Source: Harriotta raleighana (taxonomy: Eukaryota). Taken from it: 64,000 nt of DNA. The DNA lies in NCBI GenBank assembly GCA_050575255.1, contig JBNZDD010013718.1, forward strand, positions 7,370,579-7,434,578, given 5' to 3'. Numbering within the stretch: the stretch's first letter is position 1; each line of letters starts with the position of its first letter. This document shows, in pieces, positions 40,331 to 52,415 of this stretch. Both the position numbers and the translations under genes were made by a program. A model generated the notes under the pieces. That model was not told the DNA's origin. It made no database searches and saw nothing but the letters and a program-made list of their open reading frames with translations.

Positions 40331-43163
40331 ATATTAAAAAATGGTCGCTACTCTGGACTGGTGATTACTAGCAATTACTAATGACATCCTCCCATTACCT
40401 GAAGGAGCCTCCACTCAGTTTGAGATGTTTCAATGTTGACAAGGTGCTATAAAAATAAGGATTATTATTTAACACATTTTCAAACCCTTAGATCCTCTGT
40501 ATTTGCTGTAGAAACAGACATTCACAGTAAGCAGTCCTGTTAAACACACATCGAAAAAGATTGCACTTGAATCATGATTTCTAAAAGCAGCAGGAAAACC
40601 AATGGCCAAACTGTCCAGTGGGACGTTCATCCAGAACCTTAATGTAGATTCTTCCTCCAGCTGCTGATTTATTTGCTGAAGGTTTTCAGCATCTGCAGTT
40701 TTTAAATTCTAGAACATTTAACATGAGGTAATTTCGAAGAGAATTCCTTAATAAGCAAACCAGAAGAATGTCAAGCCAACTGGCGGGAACTCTGCTCTTA
40801 GCTCCCGTAAACATGCATGACTTGTTCCCATTACCTAAAGGAGGTTCCACTCAGTTTCTTTATCTTCATCCTTATTATTTATTATTATTGAGAAATCCCA
40901 TTAGAAATGATCACATGTAATCTTAAAATCCCCCAAAGAGTGAATCCTACTGGATCCCACTACCCATTTAAAAAGAGGGTTAGAGTTTTCTGTGAAGGCT
41001 CAATTAGTGAAGTCTCTGCCCAGTGTGCATTTGAGCCATATAGATCACATGCCAGGTTAGGTTCTAGTTTGCTGTCCTTAGTTGTGGCTGGAGTGAGCAC
41101 ACTACAATTGCCTTCATTGTCCTTGGATCTCAATGCCCGAGGATATTAGTAGCAAACAATTTTATTTCAATGCAGTTCTAGGCATTCAAAAGGATTTCCC
41201 TGACGAGTTCAAATTACAGGCATAGCCCATGTCTCTGAATAAGTCAGGAAATAAATGTTTTCATCGTCCATTGTTTCCATTTGGATGAAGGGATATGTCT
41301 AAAACGTCGGCTTAACTTTCTCGGATTTGTTGATCTCCAATTGTTTTTCCAGATTTTCACTTTATTTCTTATTCCCCAGTGCATTTATTGTTTGCTTGAA
41401 ATGTTTACAGTTCACTGTAGACAAAAATCAAATCTGCTTTCATTTGAACTGATCAATGCAAATATCTGCAGCTCACTCAGACCCCATCAAATTATCTTAA
41501 AGAGCAACTGAAGAATCATCAGGCTTGGTGCATTTGCAGCTTATTTGATTCGTGTCTTTAACCAAATTAATTCAATTTACCTTGACAAATACCATCAGCA
41601 TTATAGTGACAGCAATGCAGAAGGAAAAGGCAAACAGAAAATTACACTAATTGGAATCACAAAGTGGGCGCTGCCTGAGGTCAGAGAGATCTATGCTGCA
41701 GAAATCAAAGAATCTTTAACATTTAAATCTCTCGAGTTCCTGGTCTCGTATTCGGAGGGTTTACTATCCGATATTTAAATGTCAGAATCCCAGTCAACTT
41801 CGGAACACTGCTCCAACAGATTTCAGTGGGTCAACAGGTTATTACTTACTAGACAGTTTGTTTAACTATTTGGGTAACAATAATTTAGGGCGGTGGGGGG
41901 GGGGAAAGCTCAGTTAGAACTAAGATTTGGGATTTCTAGTTTGCTTCACATGAATCTGCATCCTATAATTACTACTGGGAGCTGGGAATTTTCCTCATTC
42001 AGGTTATCGCCATCCCTGCAAGCCAAAGGCCTAACAGATAGGGTAGTTATAGCTGGACAAACAGCAGGAAGCTTGCCGGTGTTTTCTGAAAATGCATTGA
42101 ATATTTCAATACTGTACATGACAGGACCCACATCCATTCTACAGATAGAAATGCTAAAATTCATTGCAAGCTGTATTCCAGCACAGACACGATGGGATGA
42201 ATAGCCTCTTTCTATGCTGTAAAATTCTATTAAAAACCTATGGAGCATTATCATTTTACTGTACTTTCTTTAGATATTACAACAACTGCATCAACAACCC
42301 ATATTTTCTCACACACACACACACACACCAAGTGTGGTATCCCTTAAATGCTTCCAAAATTGAGGGCAGACAGATCAATGGTTCATGATAGCAAATGGAT
42401 GGAGACAATTCTCCTGAGTTTTACTATACACACACACATCATAAATACAGTGTGGTTTGGCATAATAAAGTGAGCTTATGAGAGAAACAGCAAAAATAAA
42501 TCTAGTATTTCAGCAATAAACATAATATTCACAACATACTGTGTAAGCTCCTAGTGTTTCAACGATTCAAATATATGGAAGAGGAATAATCTATCACTAA
42601 ATATTAGGGTCCAAATAATTAGCCATTTCTAAAGTAAAATCCCAATATAATAAACACAGCCAGAAACTCACTAGCGTCAGCAATTAATGCCTAAAAACAG
42701 TGGAAACTAATAGATGGATCAGGATGCAAGAGACCCTGTAGATCCATCTGTAATCTTAGAATTAAAATCAATACTTACGAGTAAGCACACAGTAAGCACA
42801 TCTATATTCATTCTCCAAAGGGAATTGTTGCATAAAATATTCAACAAACTCGCCCAATCATCAACTGAAATGAATAAATGGATTCTATTTTGTGCGCTGA
42901 AGAACACAAGGAGGTGGTTTTCATTTGGGCAGCAATTGGTCAATAAGCACCCATTTAGCAATCAATTCTGACAATCTGACAAGTGCTGGAAATGGAAAAT
43001 AAGTTCCATTTCTAAGCATCAATATCTTTCAACTTGACCAATGCAAATATAATTTTGCAGGGCAAAAATATTTTTGGAACCAGTTTTGAAAAATACGATG
43101 GATGAAAAGAATGTGGGTTGGGCAAACAGCCCATGAACAAAATTAATATAAGTTCTCTTAATT

Positions 43164-43473
43164 ATAATAATAATAATAATCCTTGTATCTGACATAGCGC
43201 TTTTCATGTCTTCTAGACATCTCAAAGTGCTTCACAGAATATACTGTAAAGTAAACTGACTGTATACTGTATTTGAGGGTGAAATGCGGCAGTCAATTGC
43301 ACACAACAGTGTCCCACAAACAGTTGTGGATTGAAGTGGCCAGTTTTATTTTGAGGGATTATTATCAGGCATGTCGAGGAAGGAAACTTGCCCAAGGTTT
43401 TGCCCTGCCTAGAATTGAACTCAAGTTTCTCACTGGCAAGGTGAGTGCTCTAACCACTGAGATACAGGACTCC
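43164..43473 (-). mobile_element. tRNA-derived SINE, short subfamily, full length
   Basis: Reverse complement: ggagtcctgtatctcagtggttagagcac...aagcgctatgtcagatacaaggatt(att)n. Confidence 0.9.
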
Positions 43474-44189
43474 ACGGTGTAATTATATAATTAACTAATG
43501 AAAAAAATTACAGGCGATGCACCATCTACTTGTTAAAAATGTATTACATGTGTTTACATTCAAAAAGTCATCCATTCAATAAACAGCAAGTTAGCTGGTT
43601 ACCCGGATCTGCTTGATCTGTTGATATTATTCAGGATTCAAAGCTGCTTTGCTCCCCGCAAAGCAATAATAAAATAATCCTGACCTTTGATATCATGTCT
43701 TAATGTGAGTAACCAACTGTTATCTTATTCAACAATGTGATTAGGTGATATATCAAATGCAAGGATTATCGTTATTATCATCATCAGATAAATTGAACCT
43801 TTGCATTTCACAGCAGCTCATCGATTCAGAACGACTTTTGGTTGTTGCATCTTAGGACTGCTGAACCCCAAAAGTTATTCAAACTAGTGGAAATGTTACA
43901 TGAAGCTGAAAGAAATGCTAACAATTCTTTTGAAGGTTACATGACAACAAACTCACTAAAGTTGGGACTGAACAAAAGAAAGGAGATAAAAGGATTCTGC
44001 AATCATGAAATTCACCAAATAGAATAATCAAATGCCAATGATCAGACAGACGGAACACACACAAGGCGACTTCAAGTAAGTTAATCCCAAATCACATTTT
44101 AACTGAGCTCCTATTGAAGTTTCTCACTGCACCATTTCTGGCTCATTTTCAAAAACATAACCAAACAAGCATTCATCAAATAATTATAT

Positions 44190-44395
44190 GTTTTGCGCAA
44201 TTGGCTGCCACGTTTTACCCATAAAATATACTGTCAATTAATTTGTCTCAAAGATAATAACAACAAAATACAACAAAATTAAATTTGTAGCGCGCCTTTC
44301 ATATCGGGAGAATGTCCCACAGTACTGAAATTGTGCTGAAGACGTGATAAGACGCAATATCAAAGGCAAGGAGGATGATTATTATTATTTGATTA
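44190..44395 (+). mobile_element. SINE 3' part interrupted by a minus-strand L2 tail (about 44255-44325)
   Basis: tgcgcaattggctgcc...[aaatttgtagcgcgcctttcatatcgggag]...atatcaaaggcaaggaggatgattatt. Confidence 0.6.
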
Positions 44396-45753
44396 TTTTT
44401 ATGAATATGATGTATGCAGTCCACCGAATGATATCCAAACTCAGAACCTACTGCTACCAAGTATGATTGTCTGCCAACTTAGCTATTGAGGAAGTTGATC
44501 ACATTGCAATTCATAGCATATTTACAAACAGCTAAAAAGGACATTACTGCAGCATTCATTCTTCTACAATTGTCACACAATCACAAAAACATTCAGATGA
44601 AGAAGTCTCTTTTAGTCCATTTGATTTCACTCTTCCAGAATCACATCCCACTGCCTTTCCAGTACAAGATGAAGCAGTTGCCACCTGTTTGACTTTCACT
44701 TCATTTAAGTACAGTACTTTTCTGTAACAATACAAATTTACATATGAGTCTGCATCCCAAAGAATAGAGAATGGCATTCAAACACTTTTCATTTCAATAT
44801 GAAGCCATTACTGACTCCTTGGCACAGTAATACTATATTGATATTGAATCTCTCATGGAGATTCACAAGCAAAATGTACAGTATAAAATCATAGGCATTT
44901 ATAACACTCTATTCATAACAAAATGCCTCAACAGCAAGAAAATGCATTTCATCAGAAGATTTAAATATTGTAAAATCTGAATGAGCATTTAAAATGCACA
45001 GAATCTTTCTAAATCGCTGTCTCTGTCAATTCCAAAGAAATCTTTTCAATTTTCTCTTTGAACACAAAGCACTTAAGCTGTCACCTGAACAGCACAGGGA
45101 TTGTTCCATTAAACATTGACCCACTGATAGCAGTAAGTCTTAATAACAGTTCATCGCTCACCAGAGCCACTGGCCTGCAACTAACAATCTAAAATGTCTA
45201 GCAAGTCTGAACCCCCTGCCTGCTCCAGGTGACAGGCTGTAGCTGACAGCCTGAAATTAGAAACATGTAGAGCCATTTTTCTGTTGATTACAAAAAAAAC
45301 TAGACTAATTTAGCATTGACTGAAATGGAACAATTTTCCAGAAAAGCATTTATAGGTCACACGGAAATTTACAATTTGAGAAAATCATTAAACATATCTA
45401 ATCAACCATTTTGCCACAAAGGGAAATAAATCACGAGTCCTCGTTGCTAGTTTGATTCTTGCTCCTTGAGGATTTATTTTAAATGCAAAATTATTTACTA
45501 AATGTTGTGCGATAGTTATTTTCAAGGTCACTGGCTGCTAATTCATGCAGATGAAAACAGAAATGGCGATACTCATGCATGGAAAATAACACTCTCACTG
45601 CAAATTAATAGAATCACGACCCTCTCTCAACAAGCGGGTGCCATTCAGTACAAATACAATAGATTCTGATGGTGAAAACTCGATTTATTGAGTATTTTTG
45701 TGACGTAGAAATACATTCACTACTTTAGATAGGAAATAATATTTGTATGTTAT

Positions 45754-45790
45754 TTTGCCTTCATCCCATTGTTAATGGGATGAAGGCAAA
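45754..45790. repeat. Perfect 17-bp inverted repeat with 3-nt loop
   Basis: tttgccttcatcccatt-gtt-aatgggatgaaggcaaa. Confidence 0.9.
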
Positions 45791-45896
45791 TATCTCAAAA
45801 TGTTTCATAGGTTTTAATGTACAATGTAGTGACAGTATATTCCTTTATAGGTTTTGATATTAATTTATGTGTTACACTATTCTTTAACTATAGGTT

Positions 45897-46248
45897 TTCA
45901 TCCCCACCCTTGCCCAGCTCCATTGGCTCCCTATTCCTCAGAGGATCAAACTAAAGATCCTTGACCTCAGTTTCAAGGCCCTCCACAGCCTTTCCCCCTC
46001 CTACCTCTCTGACCTACTGACCCCCTATCAACCTGTTCGCTCTCTCCATTCAGCAGGCTCCAGACGGGTCTCAAGATCCTCCTCTTCAATCATGCCTTCA
46101 GTCGCCCTCCTACCACTCTGCCCTCCCTCATTCAAACCCTGCCCCACCCCCACATTGCTCGGGTCCTGAACCCTGACCGTTCAGTGCCTCGGGACGTCCT
46201 CCCGACGTGAAAGGCGTTCTACAAATGTAATTTTATTGTTGTTGTTGG
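45897..46248 (+). mobile_element. L2 LINE 3' end (family A), internally deleted
   Basis: LHWLPIPQRIKLKILDL-like sequence and tail cccgacgtgaaaggcgttctacaaatgtaatttttattgttgttg. Confidence 0.88.
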
Positions 46249-46887
46249 TGTTCTTGGCTTTTAAAAACCACAGATGATTTTCCATATTATATAAAATAGA
46301 ATACACATGCATATTAATGATCTACATTGGTAAGCGACAAATGCTTCCATGATGTGAGATTTCTTCTCAGAACGAATATATGGATCATCTTGGGCAGTGC
46401 GGAAAAGAGGACATTTTTGTTCCTCAATGAAAAGAAGCCACAAGTCATTATTCCATGCTGCACTATGTACACAGTGTCAAATTGAGTCCTTGGATTGAAC
46501 AATCCCCTAGCTGTTGCGTTGGTCATAAATGTGAAAGAAAACCATGGCTCCATTATCTAGAAAGTGATATTTAAATGGCCCAAATGATTTATTGAACAAG
46601 GGCAAAATAAAAAAAGCTGTCTTTTATTAAACGGTTTATCTAGAAAGATATAATGTCTGATGGATACCAAGAGTAATGTGTCAACTGATTAGCTTATTCA
46701 AGTCTTCGCTCATAGAAAAGATGCTCCTTGGGATAAAGGAATTATTAAAAGTGCCTTCCTAGAACTCCTGAGAGTTTAACTAATTGATGGCAAGACACTG
46801 AACACCTCAGCTCCTGCCTGCCTTTCCCCTTTATGAGATTTACTATCTCACTCTTCCAGCGCAGCTAAAGAGCAGCTAACAGTGAGC

Positions 46888-46901
46888 AATGCCATGGCAA
46901 C
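46888..46901. promoter_or_regulatory. RFX X-box-like site (GTTGCCATGGCATT on minus strand)
   Basis: 12/14 match to the palindromic X-box GTTGCCATGGCAAC. Confidence 0.35.
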
Positions 46902-47882
46902 CGCAACATCAGAAAAGATTTCACATTTTCAACATGAAAAAGATGGGCAATGATTTCCCTGCAGAAAGCGTACAATTTCACAATTCCAATCCAGGGAGGT
47001 TTAATAAATCCAGACAACAAGAGGGCCCACATATATTTATTCCAGGGATGCAATAGACCATCTGTTAAATAATAATTTATTGCAAATAATCTAAAATGTA
47101 TTTAAAGCCGAGAACAAATTGCACAAACAAGGAGAGTGTGAAGCAATGGCAGTTTACAGGTCTGAAGTTTACCATTAACAAATGGTGATTTGTCAATGGT
47201 AAACCATGGGATTCTCACACTTGTGAGTGAATCAGCTCCAGTCAAGCCAATGCCTGCCTGACAATCAAATTACTTACCTGTTGCCACGTAAATGTGGAAA
47301 AAATAGGTTAGATTTGCGAGTGACAGTTTGGTTGAATAAAACAAATAATCTTGGCTAGGATGTCTTCAAACAGCTTTCAGTTGTCGGTGTTCCTTTACAT
47401 GTAGCAGATCTGGAGGCACCCGAGTGCTGATATGAAGCTGGCCAGACAGATTGAAAAAAAATGAATTGAGAAGGAACATGTTTAAATCCTTGCCAGACCA
47501 GGGGAAGTGATTTTCAGCAATGTTCATGTTAAAATCAGCTACCCGAAGTAAGAGTTCCTGGCTTCATAACGTGAAACATCAACAAGTCATTGTTGATATG
47601 GAAGGAAAAGCCCACAGGTTCTGTGCAACCGGTAGCAAGCCCAAAGTAGGTCACCTTATTCCCAAAGGTTTTACAGGTTAAAAAAGCATCTGGTCAGAGC
47701 ACTGCAGTGTCTGCCCTGGTGTAAGCCTCGATACAGAACACTGCACTAAAAGTCCACATTTAAGAGTCAATAAAAATCATCAAGTAACATATTCACCATG
47801 CACACAAAGACAAGTTTCAAGAAAGGCAAGCATCCCTGTTGTGAGAGAGCCCCAAAGAGAGGTTGCTCTTTACAATACTACA

Positions 47883-48170
47883 AGTCCTGTAGCTCAGTGG
47901 TGGGAGCACTCGCTTCACTAGCAAGAAATCTGGGTTCAATACCCGGCAGGGGGAAAACTTGTGCAGGTTTCCTTACTCCACACACCTAATAATAATCCAT
48001 CCAAAAAATTATAAATTGATCACTCAATCCACGACTGTTTGTGGGAAACTGTTGTGCGCAATTGGCACCCGCGTTTCACCCACAAATATACAGTCAATTC
48101 AGTTTGCAGTATATTCTGTGGAGTGCTTTGAGACGTCTAGAGGACGTGAAAAGCACTATATCAAATGCAA
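47883..48170 (+). mobile_element. tRNA-derived SINE, short subfamily, lacking the (att)n tail
   Basis: agtcctgtagctcagtgg...gggttcaatacc...aaagcactatatcaaatgcaa, running straight into the hairpin. Confidence 0.9.
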
Positions 48171-48186
48171 ACCCCTTTTCCCGTAC

Positions 48187-48279
48187 AAACCCCGATGATC
48201 TGGTGATGTACTCTGCATTTTACTACTCTATTATTAGGAGTAGTAAAATGCAGAGTATATCACCAGATCATCGGGGTTT
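48187..48279. repeat. 42-bp inverted repeat (one mismatch) with 9-nt loop
   Basis: aaaccccgatgatctggtgatgtactctgcattttactactc / tattattag / gagtagtaaaatgcagagtatatcaccagatcatcggggttt. Confidence 0.95.
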
Positions 48280-48949
48280 CAAGGGGAACAACAGGTTCGG
48301 GTTTAGGTTGGTACCAATCATCAGAACAAACAGTTGGACTGGAGGAGGCTTGATTAAATTGAGCAATGCGGGTCTGTTGCACCACAGTATGCACAATGCA
48401 CATTGTCCATTCGAGGGATTATACAAGAAATGATTATGTCACTGCGCTGTACACCAGAATGAATGAAAGCTGTTAAACCCTCAAACGGAAGATTAAAGAT
48501 TATATTATTCATAGCAAAACAAATGTAAAAAGGGTCTATTAACTGGATCTCACATCCCAGAATATGTTGCTGTCAGATAAGACATAAAAGGCATAATCCT
48601 TCTTTGCATCACAAGCCACAAAAAAGAAAGCCTTTCACATTCAGCTCCCAGTGAAATGTAGCTGAACTATGATGCCAATTGTTTATCTTATTCCCAAGAT
48701 TACTTCTCGAGTTAAAATTTTAATTGGCCATCAATAGCCATCAGAATCAAATATAACATTTTTCCCATGTTACTGATTCCGCATAGAGAAGATAAGTCTG
48801 TGGAAACATCCCTACAGAAATAAAAATGATCAGAATTGGTTACCAGCCTAATTGCCTTTCACTTCCTAATTGAGTGCAAGCTACAAGGCCAATACTCCGA
48901 TCTACCCTGATATGAATATGATGGGGAATGAGATTCTGTGTAGAGAAAC

Positions 48950-49260
48950 AGACTATAGTTGATGCATGTACATTCTAATGTATACACAGATTGATTTGCA
49001 GAAGGTATTTGATGAGGAATCATGCAAGACTGATTCACAAAATTAAATTACAAGGTATTTAAAGGAAATTGGTTGCATGGAAGATGGCTTGAATAAAGAA
49101 AGGAAAGCATGAGCTAAATAGATGTTTCACAGTGTGGCTAAATGTGGTTAGTGACAAGCTTTAGGGAGCTCTTATTCCTTCTCCACACACCCTGCCCCCA
49201 CCCCACCACCACCACCAGCACACTCTTCCCATCCAATCTGCATTAATGATTTGGAAGGAA
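48950..49260 (+). mobile_element. Old CR1 reverse-transcriptase fragment
   Basis: gatttgcagaaggtatttgatgag..catgcaagactgattcacaaaattaaa...tggctaaatgtggttagtg resembles DLQKAFD.V.H.RL..K....W..V.SG. Confidence 0.65.
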
Positions 49261-50259
49261 AAGAAATCAAGAAAATGATCAGCAGAGAATTAATGGCAGA
49301 GATAGAACACTGATATTGCAGGGTCAGAAAACTAACCAATTTTTCTGCCAGATTTTTGCAGGACATAACATGACTCGATAGATTGTTCCAGCCAGATTCA
49401 CAGTAACTTGTACTATCACAAGACTGTTAACACGACTGGTTTGTATTCCCTTTCTGGGAGCAATAAATGATACCCACAAAACTGAATCACAAAATGCAAC
49501 CTTTGTTACAAGTGAATCGGTTTGCTCTCTATGCCAGATTAAATAGCATGATCTGCAGAAACAGAGTAAAATCAATTATCATCATATCATTGCAAATTGC
49601 AACTTCAAAGTCCCAATTAAATATAGATCACTGGTTCAGCCTTATTTGGAAACATGGTAGAGAAATCCAGCATTAAAAGTGCAACATTCATCCAATGATA
49701 CACAGACATAGAACCTGATCTAAAATTTATTACTTAGTGCAACAAACCAATGGTTTTTATAAAGCAATAAAAGAAATCAGAATAAAATTACAGCACAACA
49801 CAGACCATGAAATCTGGACTAGTTTGTATGAACCATTTATTTCAATGTATCACCTTAACTCCAAATGTCTGTGAATGGGTGATTTGTTGTTTCATATTAC
49901 TACTATTCTATCCAGATAACCTCCACCACACTAGATTGTATTCCTATTCTTTCGACTGAAACACAAAACAGTTTGTAGTCTTTTATTGTTTGCTGGTAAC
50001 CAAGGTAAACGCCAAAGAGGTAACCCTGCTGTTTCATGTTACCACATGTCCTCAAATATCATTTCAAAATGTCAATGAATAGTTACAGTAATCAGTGAGG
50101 TACATGCATTAAAAAATTACTGCATTATGTTAAATGTTTTAAAGGATGTCCAAAGACAGTTTTCTCAGCTGTTTGTAATCTGAGAAAATTAATTTCAAAA
50201 TGACCATCTGTAATATTCGCAACTGCTAACACAAGCTGGTAGTGTGTAAGCAACCTATG

Positions 50260-50476
50260 CAGTGGCTTCCAAACTTTGAATAGCAGTACACCCCTAACGC
50301 AGCAATGTTTTCGTTGCGCCCTCCTCTCCTTCATACTCGACTCCACACACTCGGGTCCTCGGCTCTGCCCTGGCTCCACATGCACTCGGGGGCTCGAGAC
50401 TCTAAAGCTCCACACCCCCGCCCCCAACCCCCCCACTCAGCCAAGGGAGGCACGCCCCACAGTTTGGAAACCACTG
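50260..50476 (+). mobile_element. hAT-Charlie-type MITE (217 bp)
   Basis: TIRs cagtggcttccaaact...agtttggaaaccactg; degenerate 8-bp TSD aacctatg / acctaatg. Confidence 0.85.
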
Positions 50477-50769
50477 ACCTAATGAGTAAAGAGGGAAACA
50501 GTTGAGAGTAGGCCAGTTAAACATTAATTTACAATAACATTGACAGATTGGGATATAATGGTCCTGACTGGAGCCACCAGATGGGTTGTAAACAGACTTT
50601 AAACACAGTATGGGGCTTTACCGCCAAAGGTCAGCCACAGTATATCTACTTAAGTGAATTGGAAGCCCAGGTTATTCTCCATTTCACCTACAAAATACAC
50701 AGTCAATCCACTCCATAATCCTGTGAAGCGCTTTGACATATCTCAAAGAAATGATAAGGCATTATAAGG

Positions 50770-50972
50770 GATGAATAATTCCCCCCCCACCTCCAATAAT
50801 AATAAATTAATCACTTCAACCTATGACTGTTTGTGGACACTATTGTGCATAATTGGCTGCCATGTTTCACCCACAAAATGTACAGTCAATTCACTTTACA
50901 TTATATTCTGTGAAGTACTTTGGGGCGTCCTCCAGACAAGAAGGATGCTATATCATATATTAGGATTATATT
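50770..50972 (+). mobile_element. tRNA-SINE 3' half
   Basis: gactgtttgtggacac...aattggctgcc...cagtcaattcactttac...ctatatcatatattaggattat. Confidence 0.75.
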
Positions 50973-52071
50973 TTTAGAATTCCACCATGGGAAGAGGGAG
51001 GAGAGATCAAAATTATTCTCACCTGATCTTTCCAATTCACTGGAGAGCAATCAGGAGTGAGATCATTGATTAGGAACTAAATATTCTTCACAAATGGAAG
51101 ATTGTGGACAAGTTCCAGATGGACTTAATTTCCTTACAAGATTTCAGATTCGATTACAAATTTAACAGTTTGTTAATTCCCAGACTTTGTTGCAGAGTAA
51201 CCTCAAGTAATATTCATCTTCAGCAGGCCGAAGGACCTCTTGAAATTGGTAGCTTTGCCCCAGTTAGGAACTGAGTTGGTTTACTTAGCTGCTGAAGGAC
51301 TGAAATCAAGTTTTGCTTGTGTTACAACTAAATATTTTATATTTTTGGCACTTTTCCCCTCTCCTTCTCCTCCTCCTCATCTTTGTCACTAAAAAGAAAG
51401 TGATCCACACATATCCCTACCTCCAATGTAGCACTGCACCAAGAAGACAAAATAATTCATTTGGTCATCGATGAAGTTTGCTAGTCAACACTGAGGTGTG
51501 AGGGGACTATAGATTTATTGTTCACTCACACACTTAGATCAGGCAATTCAGTGGTTGGAACTGAACTCCTTTCATGAGGGAAGCTTGTGCTTTGAATGAA
51601 ACGCTGCTGGAACATTTTCCATGAATATCATTACTTTTCATTTCTTTATACAGTAGTTACAATCCTGAATACATTTGTGGAACGCTCTGCCAAGATGCCA
51701 TACTCTTTTATTACACTTTTCCCACTGAGAGGTGCGATGCAACTGAAAAACTAATAATCCCTTCAGGGCAGCAGTTTAGATTATCAGAGAGATTTCAGGA
51801 GCAATTTGCAGAATAAATTTCCATCACCTCCATCACCGCCGCAATCCAAACTCCACTGTCTGAAGAGTTGGAAGTAATAAAACTCTTATATCTCAGCTCT
51901 GCTCTCTGAGGAAATACTGAACTTGTACATAATTTTAAAAAGGGGCATGGAATCCTGTGTTCCCATGTTGAATCATTTACAGAATTAACTGTAAATTGTT
52001 GAACAATCATTCAGTCTGTATTTCACATCCACCAGTAATACTGCACTATCAAATTCAACAAAACTCTCGTC

Positions 52072-52415
52072 TTAAATTATCCTTATATTTGATGCAGCAC
52101 CTATAGTGTTTAGGGATTTTGAAGCATTTCATGTAGTGACTATATTTGTAAGCAAACCCAGCAGTGAATTTACACACAGGCACAGACCCATCATTAATAA
52201 ATTTATTGGGAGGATTGTTGGCCAGATCTGCATGAAATAATTTATTTCCTCTTTGAATTCTTGGGATCCTTAATGTCCACCAGAACAAGTAGACAGGACC
52301 TCAGGTTAACACTTCAAACGAAGCACTGCACTGGAATGTCAGCCTATGATACGTCTGTGTACTGTGATCTCAAGTCCTGATGCGACCTCAGCAGGGACTA
52401 GAGTAGCCAACTAAT
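52072..52415 (-). mobile_element. DeuSINE relic with L2-like tail
   Basis: ttggccag...gggatccttaatgtccacc..gacaggacctcaggttaac...gcactgcactggaatgtcagcct. Confidence 0.6.
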
